Below, piece by piece: positions 52,302-63,701 of a DNA stretch of 64,000 nt (position 1 is the stretch's first letter; each line of letters starts with the position of its first letter). This DNA is from Candidatus Babeliales bacterium. Lineage in GTDB: Bacteria > Babelota > Babeliae > Babelales > Vermiphilaceae. The notes below the pieces were generated by a model. The model made no database searches and had not been told where the DNA came from. It saw only the letters and a program-made list of their open reading frames with translations. The DNA lies in contig CAVUQO010000003.1 of assembly GCA_963743635.1 (NCBI GenBank), positions 704,001 to 768,000 on the forward strand, given 5' to 3'. The position numbers and the translations under genes were made by a program.

Positions 52302-52407
52302 TGATACCTTTGGGGCCTACCGATTGATTATTTTTGTGCTATACTAATTTCAAGCGTGGTAATACCTTCTTTTAAAGGGCAAGCCTCCCTTGTATAAGGG
52401 GTAGTCT

Positions 52408-52965
52408 ATGTTTTCGCTCGATGAAAAAGTAGTATATCCAGGGCATGGCGTTGCGGTAATAAGCCGCATAGTAGAGAAAAAAGTTGCTGGTCAAACCATC
52501 AAACTCTACGAATTGAAATTTATGAGCGCGGACATGACGGTTTTGGTTCCGACCAATAATCTTGTCGCAGTCGGCATCAGAAAATTAAGTTCAAACGAAA
52601 GCATCAATACCATATTTGAAATGCTTTCAGAGCCTGCGCCTGAGATCAGCAGCGATTTAACAGCAAGTAATTGGAATAAGCGCAATAAGGATTATCAATG
52701 TAAGTTGAGAAGTGGCAATTTGAAGGAAATTTGCAAGATCTATCGAGATTTACATTATATAGCGGAAAATAAAGAACTTTCATTTGGCGAAAAAGGTTTA
52801 TTACAACAAACAGAATCGTTGCTCGCTGAAGAGATATCGATTGTAACCAAAGTAGGAACGGAAAAGGCTGTAGAGCATTTACGTTCATTCTTTAAACAAT
52901 CAGATCGCGCAGTTGGCGGCATTGTGCCACAAGAAAATTCATCCGTTATTACGAGACATGTGTAA
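52408..52965 (+). CDS. carD: CarD family transcription factor
   Basis: VVYPGHGVA, VPT..GIRKL, NWNKR, ELSFGEK. Confidence 0.92.
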   Translation: MFSLDEKVVYPGHGVAVISRIVEKKVAGQTIKLYELKFMSADMTVLVPTNNLVAVGIRKLSSNESINTIFEMLSEPAPEISSDLTASNWNKRNKDYQCKLRSGNLKEICKIYRDLHYIAENKELSFGEKGLLQQTESLLAEEISIVTKVGTEKAVEHLRSFFKQSDRAVGGIVPQENSSVITRHV

Positions 52966-53039
52966 TATAAGAAAATAAATACGTATAATTCCAGGAAAGC
53001 ATTAACGTGTTTTCCTGGAATTTCATTTAAGGGGGGTAT

Positions 53040-53999
53040 ATGTACAAAAATTCAATGATCATTATTTGCGGGCCAACCGGGGTCGGTAAAAGCGATTTCG
53101 CTGAAGCGCTTGCCGCTCAGGCATCGGGCGAAATTGTTAACATGGACTTAGGGCAATTCTATACACCACTTTCCATTGGTACTGCAAAACCAGACTGGCG
53201 CAAGGCCTCAATCCCACACCATCTTTTTGATATTCTTGACACCCCAGTTAATTTTACTGTGGTTCAATATCGTCAACGATTACTTGAACAATGTAATGAT
53301 ATTTGGCGCAGAAACAAACTTCCAATCGTAGTTGGCGGCTCAGTATTTTATTTGAAATCACTGCTATTTCCTCCTGTGTCCGATAACTCAAATATTACTC
53401 TTTCTTCTGACGAAAAAAATACGGAACGTTATACGTGGGAAGACCTTCGCGCGATTGATCCTGAACGGGCCGCTGCCATTGATAAGAATGATCCGTACCG
53501 TATCGAGCGCGCAATGACGATATGGCGCACAACAGGCGTTAAGCCTTCACTCTATAAGCCGAAACTGGATATTCCGTGCAATGTACATCTTCTTTTTTTA
53601 ACGCGCAACAGGGACGAATTATATGCGCGTATTAATGAACGGGTTATTATGATGATGCAAGCCGGTTGGCTTGATGAAGTAATGCCTCTTGCTCATACAC
53701 CGTGGGAAACGTTCTTGCATGACAAGAAATTAATTGGCTATAATGAACTGCTCGAATACCTGGCTGCGTCGCCTGATGAACGCGATTTAGAAAGTACTAT
53801 ACGCATTATTCAGCAGCGATCTCGGCATTATGCCAAACGACAAGAAACTTTTTGGCGGGGTTTTCAAAGGGCGCTAGATGCGGCGCGTAAAGGCTTTGAG
53901 GGCGATCATCATGCAATGATAATAGATACGGTTAACTTGACTTTATTGGATGTTAATCTATATATTAAGCAACTATTAGACACATTGAATCACCGTTAA
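53040..53999 (+). CDS. miaA: tRNA dimethylallyltransferase
   Basis: GPTGVGKS, IGTAKP, PHHL, VGGS.FY, HYAKRQ. Confidence 0.95.
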   Translation: MYKNSMIIICGPTGVGKSDFAEALAAQASGEIVNMDLGQFYTPLSIGTAKPDWRKASIPHHLFDILDTPVNFTVVQYRQRLLEQCNDIWRRNKLPIVVGGSVFYLKSLLFPPVSDNSNITLSSDEKNTERYTWEDLRAIDPERAAAIDKNDPYRIERAMTIWRTTGVKPSLYKPKLDIPCNVHLLFLTRNRDELYARINERVIMMMQAGWLDEVMPLAHTPWETFLHDKKLIGYNELLEYLAASPDERDLESTIRIIQQRSRHYAKRQETFWRGFQRALDAARKGFEGDHHAMIIDTVNLTLLDVNLYIKQLLDTLNHR

Positions 54000-54006
54000 T
54001 ATCGAT

Positions 54007-54705
54007 ATGGAAATCATGGACTTGTTTGATCGTAATGATCGTCAATCGCATACTGAGCACGAATCTTGTGTTTGTGATGGTAAGCAGGGAGTGTTTCTTA
54101 ATAATCGTCATATGAGCTGGGCTCTTTCCACTATTTTGCTCCTCATTTTTTTTGTGTTTATGACCGGATACTTTCTTGGGAAAAAGAAAGCTGTCGATCA
54201 GCTTAATGCTAAAATCGATCAAGAATCTCTATCTGATCATGTTTATTCATCTATGTACGCGTTATATGATAGCAAGCCACAACCAGAAGTTTCAGACAGT
54301 ACTGAACCAGATGATGAGAACAATGACGCTGACTCAGTAACTGAAGAAATCGTATTGGATCAATCAGTTGACGTGCTCGCACATGCAGAATCATCCGATG
54401 ATATAAATAATCTAAATAAAGAACTTTCTACTACACATTCAATACAGACAAATAGGCATGAATATTATGCGCAACTCGTTGGTTTTAGTAGCGAACGAGC
54501 CGCTCAGCAATTTGTGAAAAAACTTGCACAGCGCGATATTACTGCCCATATCAAACAACGACCAAGTAAAACAGCAAAAGGAAGAACCGTCTATTGGTAT
54601 CAAGTGATCACCGAATCATTTACCAAAAAAGAAGATCTCACAACGCTCGTGGAAAACATTAAGCGTCGAGAAAAGCTTCACGATGTTCGCATTATAACTG
54701 CATAA
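54007..54705 (+). CDS. SPOR-domain bitopic protein (FtsN/DedD-like)
   Basis: One TM, acidic linker, YYAQLVGFSSERAA...WYQV. Confidence 0.75.
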   Translation: MEIMDLFDRNDRQSHTEHESCVCDGKQGVFLNNRHMSWALSTILLLIFFVFMTGYFLGKKKAVDQLNAKIDQESLSDHVYSSMYALYDSKPQPEVSDSTEPDDENNDADSVTEEIVLDQSVDVLAHAESSDDINNLNKELSTTHSIQTNRHEYYAQLVGFSSERAAQQFVKKLAQRDITAHIKQRPSKTAKGRTVYWYQVITESFTKKEDLTTLVENIKRREKLHDVRIITA

Positions 54706-54738
54706 CACAATACACGTATCCCTACGAAAGGTACATTC

Positions 54739-56694
54739 ATGATCAGCGCCATCAGGAAAAAACTTGTTGGAACAAAGTTTTATAAAATAATATTTTGGAT
54801 TGTTATCATCGCCATGCTTGGACTATGGTCTTTGCCTGGAATGCTCGATAAAAAATCTCGAGGCGGCTTAGCCCCTTGGGGAACAGTTAATGGTATTGAT
54901 ATATCTCGTAATGATTTCGATCGAAAGGTAATGGCTTCTGAAGAACATATGCGCATGATTCGTGCAGAATATGGTCAATATGCGGATCAGCTCATGCAAG
55001 CAATGGGAATGCCAACCAATCCTTCATTGATTGCATATGAAGCAGTGATACGAGAAGCTTTGCTTGATCAAGTTGCTGATGCTCTCAATATTAAAGTACA
55101 TCCTGAATATGTGGTTTACTTTCTTGAAAATATCAAAAATCCCTATCATGATTTGAATGATTTAATTCCGCCGTATGCTATTGACCCTCGAACTGGTGGT
55201 ATCAATAGAGAAATTATGCAGCAACATTTGCGTAGATCTCGCATGAGCGTCAGTGAATTTGAAGAAAAACTAGAACAAAGCCTCAAGCGTAAACTTACGA
55301 GCAATCTTATTGCTCATGCAACGTATGTCCCATTATTTGAGCTTGAAAATGAATATGGCTTACGCTATTTGCCAAAAACATTCTCAGTAATGACAATCTC
55401 TAAAAATGAAATTTATGCAGAAATAAAGAAAGATGTTATCTCAGAAAATGATCTTGAAACGTTCTTTAATCGTAAGAATAAAGCGAATGAGGCGTATTGG
55501 ACTCCAGAACGCCGTAGCGTTCGCGTCTGGTCAGTAACTCCCCATACCTATGGAATATCGGTTACTGATGAAGAGGTGACTCATTATTATGAACAATACA
55601 AAGAAAGAGATTTTGTTGCGCAGGCTCCTACTGTGCAGGTGCGTAACATATTGTTAAAAGCATCTAATGCGGCAGAATTCTCTGCAGCGCATGAAAAAGC
55701 TCAACAGCTTCGCCAAAGCCTTCTCGCTAACCCAGGAGAGTTTGCAGCACGCGCTAAAGAACTTTCTGCTGATAAGGAAACGGCGGGCAACGGCGGCCTT
55801 ATGAAACCATTTGCAAAAGGAGATACTGCTATAGATCTCACGCTTGCAAAAGGCGCTTTCTTACTCAAAAATAAGGGTGATATTTCTGAGCCAATCCAAG
55901 TTAAAGACGGCATTGTGCTATTGCAACTCGTTGAGAAAACAGCGAAAGTATACAAGCCGCTTTCAGAAGTACGTAAAAATATCCTTGATAATCTTACAAT
56001 GCAGCAATTTTCTAAACGCTTTGTTTCCGATATGAAGGAAGTGTATAAAGATAAAAATGAGGCGAAACTGCAGGGAATCATCACTCAAAAGGGTGGGACT
56101 GCGGCTCTTAAGGAACTTATCACCAATGATGGTTCTGTACTAGCACGTACCGCCTTTATAACGCCACTTAATGAATATGCCTTCTACGTAGACGGCAAAG
56201 AAGGCCGCATCGTTCAAGTAACCGATATTCAAAAGCGTTATTTGCCGACGCTTGATGCCGTGCGCGAAACAGTCAAAAATGATCTCATTGAGGAACGAGC
56301 TACCTCATTATTGCATGCGCGCGTTATGCAAGCCAAAAAAGATGCAGCAAAACAGTCCCTCAATGAAATTGCTCATAACTATAAAGCACAGGTAAAGAAG
56401 GTTGGTCCTGTGGACGTTACCAATCAAGCACAACTCCAAGCGCTACAAAAAGAAGGGCTCCCTATCGAAAGCATGTTACAAATAGAAAAAGTTGGCATGA
56501 CAACCGTTTCGGCGGACAATGCTCACGGCTATGTGATTCGTCTCGATGAGGTTGCTCCGTTCAATAAAGAGGCTTTTGAGGGTAAACGACTCGCTCTCAG
56601 TGAGCAGACTGATCGGACCCGAATGATGCTGATAACACAGGGTTTTGTTGCTTCTTTGCATAGAAATGCTACAATAAACTTAAATTCAAAATAG
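54739..56694 (+). CDS. SurA-N/parvulin peptidyl-prolyl isomerase (PpiD-like)
   Basis: N-terminal TM, TVNG..IS, VRNILLK, FAARAKELSAD..GG. Confidence 0.85.
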   Translation: MISAIRKKLVGTKFYKIIFWIVIIAMLGLWSLPGMLDKKSRGGLAPWGTVNGIDISRNDFDRKVMASEEHMRMIRAEYGQYADQLMQAMGMPTNPSLIAYEAVIREALLDQVADALNIKVHPEYVVYFLENIKNPYHDLNDLIPPYAIDPRTGGINREIMQQHLRRSRMSVSEFEEKLEQSLKRKLTSNLIAHATYVPLFELENEYGLRYLPKTFSVMTISKNEIYAEIKKDVISENDLETFFNRKNKANEAYWTPERRSVRVWSVTPHTYGISVTDEEVTHYYEQYKERDFVAQAPTVQVRNILLKASNAAEFSAAHEKAQQLRQSLLANPGEFAARAKELSADKETAGNGGLMKPFAKGDTAIDLTLAKGAFLLKNKGDISEPIQVKDGIVLLQLVEKTAKVYKPLSEVRKNILDNLTMQQFSKRFVSDMKEVYKDKNEAKLQGIITQKGGTAALKELITNDGSVLARTAFITPLNEYAFYVDGKEGRIVQVTDIQKRYLPTLDAVRETVKNDLIEERATSLLHARVMQAKKDAAKQSLNEIAHNYKAQVKKVGPVDVTNQAQLQALQKEGLPIESMLQIEKVGMTTVSADNAHGYVIRLDEVAPFNKEAFEGKRLALSEQTDRTRMMLITQGFVASLHRNATINLNSK

Positions 56695-56718
56695 ATTTCC
56701 TAGCAGAAGATATTCAAT

Positions 56719-57807
56719 ATGAAAACTAAAACATCGTCAAAAGATACCACTTCGAATAAACAACAAAGTGATATGGATCTCAAGAAAAAAGCCTTAGAAG
56801 TAACGTTTTCCCAGATTGATAAGCATTATGGCACTGGCGCGGTCATGCTTTTGGGGCAGTCGACAAATAGTAATATCGAAGCTATCTCTACTGGCTCAAT
56901 CTTGATTGATGAAGTCACCGGTATTGGCGGACTTCCGCGTGGCAGAATCGTTGAAATTTATGGTCCTGAAGCTTCCGGTAAGACTACCCTAGCAATGCAG
57001 GCAATAGCGCAAGCCCAACGCAATGGAGGTATATGTGCCTTCATAGACGTCGAGCATGCCCTTGATCCTTCTCATGCGCGTAAATTAGGCCTTGATGTGG
57101 ACAATCTTATTATCTCTCAGCCGGATTACGGTGAGCAGGCTCTTGATATTGCTGAAATGTTGGTAAGATCTGGTGCAATTGACATCGTAGTAATCGACTC
57201 GGTAGCGGCTCTGGTTCCAAAGGCTGAGCTTGAAGGGGATATGGGTGATTCTCATATGGGTCTTCAGGCGCGGTTGATGTCCCAGGCATTGCGTAAGTTG
57301 ACTCCAGTGGTTCATAAATCAAAGACGGTTTTGATATTTATCAACCAAATTCGTCAAAATATTGGGGCTATGCCGTTCGCGAACAAAGAAACTACAACTG
57401 GTGGTAATGCCTTAAAATTCTATGCTTCCCTACGCCTTGATGTGCGCCGTATTGCAAGTTTAAAGAAAAATGAAGAGCAAATTGGTAATCGCATTGCGGT
57501 TAAAGTAGTTAAAAATAAAATGGCGCCTCCATTTAGACGTGCAGAGTTAGATCTGCTCTTTAACGAAGGTATCAGTAGAGAACTCGATCTTTTAGATGCA
57601 TCACTTCATTTTGGTGTTATTCTTCAGTCTGGTTCGTGGTTCTCATTTGATGGCGTGAAGTTTGCCCAAGGGCGAGAACAAGCGCTTGCCTATCTGAAAG
57701 AACATAAGGATCAGGTCGCATTGATCTTCTCAAAAATAAAAGAAGCAATAGCTGCAAGAAAACTTGCAATTATTGAAGCTCCAGGGGAAATGGAACAAGA
57801 AGCGTGA
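56719..57807 (+). CDS. recA: Recombinase A
   Basis: [37 protein letters not shown]. Confidence 0.98.
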   Translation: MKTKTSSKDTTSNKQQSDMDLKKKALEVTFSQIDKHYGTGAVMLLGQSTNSNIEAISTGSILIDEVTGIGGLPRGRIVEIYGPEASGKTTLAMQAIAQAQRNGGICAFIDVEHALDPSHARKLGLDVDNLIISQPDYGEQALDIAEMLVRSGAIDIVVIDSVAALVPKAELEGDMGDSHMGLQARLMSQALRKLTPVVHKSKTVLIFINQIRQNIGAMPFANKETTTGGNALKFYASLRLDVRRIASLKKNEEQIGNRIAVKVVKNKMAPPFRRAELDLLFNEGISRELDLLDASLHFGVILQSGSWFSFDGVKFAQGREQALAYLKEHKDQVALIFSKIKEAIAARKLAIIEAPGEMEQEA

Positions 57808-57844
57808 TAATAGTAACAAGAGAAGTTAAAAGGTAGCAATTACA

Positions 57845-58411
57845 TTGAAACACAATAACAAGCAGAATCAACCGCAGCAAAACGGCGATGCACTGATAAA
57901 CGAAAAAATTCGTGCAGAGCGCGTACAGCTCATTGATGAAAAAGGCGAAAATATTGGTGTTGTGTCGCGCAGTCAAGCGTTACGCATGGCGCAGGATGTT
58001 GAACTTGACCTGGTGATGCTTTCAGAATCAGGTAAAGATAACGTGCCGGTTGTTAAAATCATGGATTTTGGCAAGGTGCTTTATGAACGCAAGAAGAAGC
58101 AAACTGAAGCCAAAAAGAATCAAAAAGTAATTCAAGTTAAAGAAATTAAATTGCGACCCAAAATTGGTGAGCATGATTATCAAACAAAGTTAAAGCAGGC
58201 GATACAGTTTCTCAATGAAGGAAAACGAGTAAAGTTTACGCTTTTCTTTAAGGGCCGTGAAAATGTTCTAAAAGATGAGCATGGCAATGAGCTTTTTGAT
58301 AAAATAGATAAATCGCTCGAAAGCGCTGAGCTTTCAGGCGATATAGTCAAAGAACAAGATTCAAAACTAGGCCAGTATTGGTCTCGTATTTATTATTTAA
58401 AGACAAAATAA
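57845..58411 (+). CDS. infC: Translation initiation factor IF-3 (non-ATG start: TTG 57845 or in-frame ATT 57839)
   Basis: INEKI, DLV, KIMDFGK, KEIKLRPKIGEHD. Confidence 0.95.
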   Translation: MKHNNKQNQPQQNGDALINEKIRAERVQLIDEKGENIGVVSRSQALRMAQDVELDLVMLSESGKDNVPVVKIMDFGKVLYERKKKQTEAKKNQKVIQVKEIKLRPKIGEHDYQTKLKQAIQFLNEGKRVKFTLFFKGRENVLKDEHGNELFDKIDKSLESAELSGDIVKEQDSKLGQYWSRIYYLKTK

Positions 58412-58424
58412 TTTAGGGTGATTT

Positions 58425-58619
58425 ATGCCAAAAATGAAAACAAGTTCTGCCGCAAAAAAACGTTTTACCAAGAAAAAATCTGGTATGATCAAGCGTGCTA
58501 AAGCGTACAGAAGACATTTGATGACGAAAAAGACTACAAAGCAAAATCGTCAATCATGCACAACTGCATATGTTCATGCAGCAGATCTTAAAAAAATAGC
58601 GAAAATGTTACCAAATTAA
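58425..58619 (+). CDS. rpmI: 50S ribosomal protein L35
   Basis: MPKMKT..AAKKRF; infC-rpmI-rplT order. Confidence 0.95.
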   Translation: MPKMKTSSAAKKRFTKKKSGMIKRAKAYRRHLMTKKTTKQNRQSCTTAYVHAADLKKIAKMLPN

Positions 58620-58646
58620 TTGATTATAAGTATATAGGGTTAGATT

Positions 58647-58994
58647 ATGTCACGAGTTAAACGAGGTATTGTTACCAAGAAGCGTCACAAGAAATTGTTA
58701 AAAGAAACCAAGGGTTATTGGGGTCAACGCAGTAATATCTTCAAGCGAGCACGCGAAACTTTAATGCGCGCTATGGCGTACGCATTCAAAGGCCGTAAGA
58801 TGAGAAAACGTGATATGCGTTCTCTTTTCATTACACGTATTAATGCTGCCGCTGAAAAACACGATCTTTCATACAGCAAATTCATCCAAGGCTTAAAAGT
58901 AGCCAATGTTCAACTTAATAGAAAAATGCTCAGTCAGCTTGCGATATTTGATGCAGATGTGTTTGCGTCACTTGCAACTATTGCTAAGGGTTAA
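58647..58994 (+). CDS. rplT: 50S ribosomal protein L20
   Basis: MSRVKRG, KGYWG, RINAA, LNRKMLSQLA. Confidence 0.97.
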   Translation: MSRVKRGIVTKKRHKKLLKETKGYWGQRSNIFKRARETLMRAMAYAFKGRKMRKRDMRSLFITRINAAAEKHDLSYSKFIQGLKVANVQLNRKMLSQLAIFDADVFASLATIAKG

Positions 58995-59129
58995 TCCTTC
59001 CTCCTACGCCGAACGGCGAACAGGTCGACGACCCCGCGCATGGTGAGGAGTCCGAAGGACTTCTCGAACCAGGGATGAGCGAAATAATAAGATTCCGCTC
59101 ATGGTGCGTAGTGAAAGTGTATCTAACCA
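58995..59129. repeat. REP-like element cluster
   Basis: CATGGTGAGGAGTCCGAAGGACTTCTCGAACCA; GGGATGAGCG...CCGCTCATGGTG...GTATCTAACCA. Confidence 0.65.
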
Positions 59130-59203
59130 TTGACAATGCATTTACTGCATGACTAAACTGAAGCTGTTTTATAATATTAGGCAACCAAAGAAGGGGGAGC
59201 CGC

Positions 59204-59452
59204 ATGGAAGCATTACAAAATCTTGAAAATAAAATTGCTGCATTGATAGATCTTGTGAATAAAATAAAAAAAGAGAATGCTGAATTGGTTGATCAGAACG
59301 CTCAATTAACAAAGAAATTAAAAGAATCTCAAGACGCCTTATTGCATGATGTCAAAGATTTAGGCAACCTGCAAAAACAACGTCAAGAAGCCATAAGTAT
59401 GGTTGATTCATTAATTAAAAGTATTGATACGTTTGTTGAACGTGAGAAATAG
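59204..59452 (+). CDS. ZapB-like coiled-coil protein
   Basis: LENKIAALIDLVNKIKKEN, directly upstream of zapA. Confidence 0.7.
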   Translation: MEALQNLENKIAALIDLVNKIKKENAELVDQNAQLTKKLKESQDALLHDVKDLGNLQKQRQEAISMVDSLIKSIDTFVEREK

Positions 59453-59457
59453 TAGTA

Positions 59458-59751
59458 ATGGATAAAGCAAAAAGCCTCAAATTACGTATTTTTGATAAAG
59501 AATATACGATTGTAAGTGACGAGTCAGAAGAGCGCGTTAAGAAGACCGCACATCTTGTTGACTCTCTCATGCGAGAAATAGTTGAACATGCTAAAAAATT
59601 GCCGGAAGAACGCATCGCGGTGCTTGCGGCTCTTCGTCTTGCAAGTGAATTGTTGACGATTGAATCGAAAAAAGAACAAGAAAAGCTCAAAACAGATTCG
59701 CTTAGCTTGCTTCTTGATCGTGAATTAGCGGTGTTATCAAATAGCGAGTAA
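59458..59751 (+). CDS. zapA: Cell division protein ZapA
   Basis: IFDKEYTI, AHLVDSLM, IAVLAALRLASEL. Confidence 0.88.
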   Translation: MDKAKSLKLRIFDKEYTIVSDESEERVKKTAHLVDSLMREIVEHAKKLPEERIAVLAALRLASELLTIESKKEQEKLKTDSLSLLLDRELAVLSNSE

Positions 59752-59759
59752 TTATTTAT

Positions 59760-59900
59760 TGCTCGCTTTGACTTCAATTCGTAATTGAGTGCCTTTGCCC
59801 CGTCTGCGGGTGTCGCATAAGCGCTCATCTTTTATTTACGTCCACTATTGACGCCAATCTCAGGCCTCTCTTGATAATTTTGAATCAAGAAAAAGGTGAT
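59760..59900. ncRNA. Candidate 6S RNA-like long hairpin
   Basis: Lies between zapA and rny; nested pairings TCAAT/ATTGA, CGTAA/TTACG, TGAGTGC/GCGCTCA; boundaries uncertain. Confidence 0.35.
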
Positions 59901-59927
59901 TGTACAGCACATTTAGGAATAATCATT

Positions 59928-61493
59928 ATGGAATTAAGTTCGGCATTTATTGTCATTACCGGGGCATGCTTCGTTATAGGCGCAATACTATTGCTCCTAT
60001 ATGCCAAGAAAGCGCATTGCTGAAGCAAATGAATTATTGTTTGATTCGAAGAATAAATGGAAAGATGTTAAACGCGAAATTGAAAATGAACGTCGTGAAT
60101 CTGCCCTAAAAATAAAAGATGAAATCTATAAAAAGCGCAGCGAATTTGAACTTGAGATGAAGCGGGATCGAGTTGAACTTGATCGTCTTCAAAATAAGCT
60201 CACATCAAAATATGAAAGCATTGAGAAAAAAGAGCAACATATCGATGAGCTTCGCCGTGAACTTCAAGAAAAAGAGCGTACATTTTTTCGCAAAGAAGAT
60301 GCATTGCGAGCGAATGAAAATAAGCTCAAGACTTTTATACAATGATCTCATTACCAAGCTTAGAACGAACCAGCAATATGACACGCGAAGATGCGCGTAA
60401 AGAGTTGGCTCATACGCTTGAAGATGAAGTGCGTCTTTCTAATCAAAAATATATCCAAAAAATTGAAGAAGAAGCTCGTCAATCGGGCAAAGAACGAGCA
60501 TTGGACATTGTTATCGGCGCTATGCAACGATACACTGCCGATCAGGTTGCCCCTCATGCATCAAGCGTTGTACATTTACCCAACGATGAAATGAAGGGTC
60601 GTATTATCGGTAAAGAAGGCCGTAATATTAAGTCGCTCGAAATGGCAACTGGTATGGAATTCGTAATTGGTGATACGCCAGAAATAATCACCATCTCTGG
60701 TTTTAACCCTATACGCCGTGAAGTTGCGCGCCGCACTCTTGAAAAATTGATTTCAGACGGACGCATCAACCCAACTCGCATTGAAGAAACCGTTGCTCAA
60801 GTTGAGAAAGAACTGGAAGAAATAATCCAAGAATACGGAAAAGATGTGGTTCTTGAGTTTAATCTTCAAGGCATGCATCCTGAACTGGTCACTATGCTTG
60901 GAAAGCTACAATTTAGAACGAGTTTCTCTCAAAACGTGTTAATGCATTCTAAGGAAGTAGCATTAATTTCGCGCATGATTGCTCAAGAATTAGGTCTCAA
61001 TCCTGATATCGCATTGCGTGGCGGTCTCTTGCATGATATCGGTAAAGCGGTCAGTGCAGAAGTAGAAGGCCCACATGCTATTATCGGTGGAGATATCGCA
61101 AAACGATGCGGCGAAGATCCACGTGTGGTGAACGCAATTGCTGCCCATCACCAAGAAGTTCCTTACGAATCAGTCTATGGACCGATTGTGGTTATCGCCG
61201 ACACCATTTCAGCGGTACGTCCAGGAGCTCGCCGTGAAACCTTATCTGCCTACATCAAGCGCCTTGAAAAGTTGGAAGAAATTGCCAACTCATTTGAAGG
61301 GGTTAAGAAGGCATATGCGCTTCAAGCGGGTCGAGAGGTTCGCATTATTGTTGAAGAAGATCGTCTGACCGATGATGAAGCTTCAATTATGGCGCGTGAC
61401 ATTGCCAAGAAGGTTGAAGAAGAAATGAACTTCCCTGGCCAAATCAAAGTTAATGTCATTCGTGAAAAACGTTCCATTGAATATGCGCGATAG
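59928..61493 (+). CDS. rny: Ribonuclease Y (two frameshifts, likely sequencing errors)
   Basis: N-terminal TM, coiled coil, KGRIIGKEGRNI (KH), LLHDIGKA (HD), RPGARRE. Confidence 0.95.
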
Positions 61494-61499
61494 GATCTG

Positions 61500-62318
61500 A
61501 TGGCAACCATTCGAATACTTTTTATCGGTGATTTGGTTGGTAAAGCCGGAAGAGCTATTTTTGAAAAACATATCGATCGCGTGCGCAAAAAGCATGCGAT
61601 CGATGCTTTAATTGTAAATGGTGAAAATAGCGCGCATGGCCGTGGAATTACCCCCAATATCGCTCAGTTCTTCAAGCAGCATGGCGTGGACGTCATCACC
61701 TCTGGCAATCACATCTGGGCAAACAAAGAAATCTATGCCTATCTTGATTCACACAAAGATCTTTTAAGACCGATCAACTTTCCGCAAGGAGCACCCGGCG
61801 TTGGCGTCACTACCTTTACCTGCAAAGGAAGCACCGTTGGTGTTGTCAACGTACAAGGCCGCGTCTTCATGAAAGAAATGGTAACCTGTCCATTTCGGGC
61901 TATGGATTCTCTCCTGACTTATCTCAAAAGCAAAACAAATATCATCGTGGTGGATTTTCACGCTGAGGCAACCTCAGAAAAGCAAGCTTTAGCTTTATAT
62001 CTTGATGGTAAAATTTCAGCACTCGTAGGTACGCATACCCATGTGCAGACTGCAGACGAGCGGATTCTTCCTGGCGGCACTGCTTATATGACTGATCTTG
62101 GTATGGGTGGATCGCTCAATGAATCAATTGGCATGAGAAAAGAAGCAGTTATACAGCAGTTTTTGACTCAGTTACCGGTCAGATTTATTGCGGCAACCTC
62201 AAGTCCGTTTGTAATGAGTGGTGTTTGGATCGAAATTGATACCGAATCCGGTAAAGCCATACATATTGAACGCATCCGTATTGTTGACCATGAGTTGCAA
62301 GTCGATGAAGATGTATAA
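61500..62318 (+). CDS. ymdB: YmdB/TIGR00282 metallophosphoesterase
   Basis: FIGDLVG, NGEN, GNH, DFHAEATSEK, GTHTHVQTAD; follows rny. Confidence 0.92.
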   Translation: MATIRILFIGDLVGKAGRAIFEKHIDRVRKKHAIDALIVNGENSAHGRGITPNIAQFFKQHGVDVITSGNHIWANKEIYAYLDSHKDLLRPINFPQGAPGVGVTTFTCKGSTVGVVNVQGRVFMKEMVTCPFRAMDSLLTYLKSKTNIIVVDFHAEATSEKQALALYLDGKISALVGTHTHVQTADERILPGGTAYMTDLGMGGSLNESIGMRKEAVIQQFLTQLPVRFIAATSSPFVMSGVWIEIDTESGKAIHIERIRIVDHELQVDEDV

Positions 62319-63235
62319 TATCGCCCCCATTTTAATCATGTATATGCTCTTTGCAAGTACCTTTACTATTGGTAAAGCAGTCCTTGCATTGGTAAATCCG
62401 GTATTTTTTATTGGGGTTCGCATGACCATAGCAGGGTTATTGCTGCTCGGTTATTCTGCACTCTACCAAAAGAAGTCATTACGGGTCATTAAAGAACATT
62501 GGTGGTTGTTTGCGCTCATAGCATTCTTTCATATTTATATTGCGTATATCGCAGAATTTTGGGCCTTAAAACACGTTTTATCGTCCAAGGCTTGCTTGCT
62601 TTATAATCTATCCCCATTTGTAACCGCGCTTTGCACCTATGCGTTCTTCAAAGAAAAGCTTAGTAAGCAGAAAATTGCAGGGCTCATTATAGGTTTTTTG
62701 GGATTTATACCAATATTGCTTAGTTCTGCGCCTGAAGAATTAGCTGCAGGTTATTGGGGTTTTCTCACCGTCCCAGAGCTCATGCTGATGGTTTCTGTCT
62801 TGTCTTCAGTGTTGGGATGGCTCATTTTTAAAAATCTTATCACGAAACATGGCTATTCGCCGTTTTTAATAAATGGGTATGGCATGTTGATCGGAGGCCT
62901 CATGGCTTTAGTAACGTCATTCGCCATTGAAGGGATCCCTCACGATTGGTCTGACCGGCAGCACTCAAGAAATCACCGCATTTATTGAATACACGGCACT
63001 CATGATCATCGTGGCCAACATCATAGCCTATAATCTTTATGGCTATTTGCTGCATGTATATAGCCCAACATTACTCTCATTTTTCGGGTTTACAACCCCA
63101 TTATTCACTGCTTTTTATGGCTTCTTGTTCTTACATGAGCCAATTTCGACTGCATTTATTCTTTCATTAATCCTGGTTTCAACAGGATTATTCCTCTTTT
63201 ATCAAGAAGAACTGAGACTCAAAATAAAAACCTAA
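62311..63235 (+). CDS. EamA/DMT family transporter (frameshift near 62940)
   Basis: Two EamA-like halves, LSPFVTAL...KEKL...IAGLIIG. Confidence 0.85.
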
Positions 63236-63323
63236 AATCGTGGCTCAAAGAGCAAAGAGTTGTGCCAAAAATCGAACAAAAAAAAATATAGGTCCTCTCG
63301 AGAGAGAACCTATATTTGTCTAA

Positions 63324-63701
63324 TTAAGCCTTAACTGGAGCTGCTGCTGGTGTGTGCTTCTTAGCTACACGGCGTTTAGCCATACGGCGTTTACCTGTAG
63401 TCTTTTTAGCTACACGACGTATAGATTTGCGAGCTGCCTTTTTAGCTGTTTTACGCTTTGGAGCTGCTTTTTTAGCAGTTGTTCTGCGTTTAGCTGCTTT
63501 TTTAGCTACTTTACGCTTTGGAGCTGCTTTTTTAGCTGCTGTTTTGCGTTTTGGAGCTGCTTTTTTAGCTGCTGTTTTACGTTTAGCTACGCGTTTTACC
63601 GTTTTCTTCGCAGTAGTTTTTTTAGCTACGCGTTTTACAGTCTTACGTTTAGCAGTAGTAGCTTTTTTAGCTACTTTCTTTCTTTTGATTGCCATTGTCA
63701 T
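63324..63701 (-). CDS. Histone H1-like basic protein (Hc2/AlgP-like)
   Basis: K/R/A/T-rich repeats KKAAPKRKTAA; GAAGGAG RBS. Confidence 0.85.
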   Translation of the reverse strand: MTMAIKRKKVAKKATTAKRKTVKRVAKKTTAKKTVKRVAKRKTAAKKAAPKRKTAAKKAAPKRKVAKKAAKRRTTAKKAAPKRKTAKKAARKSIRRVAKKTTGKRRMAKRRVAKKHTPAAAPVKA

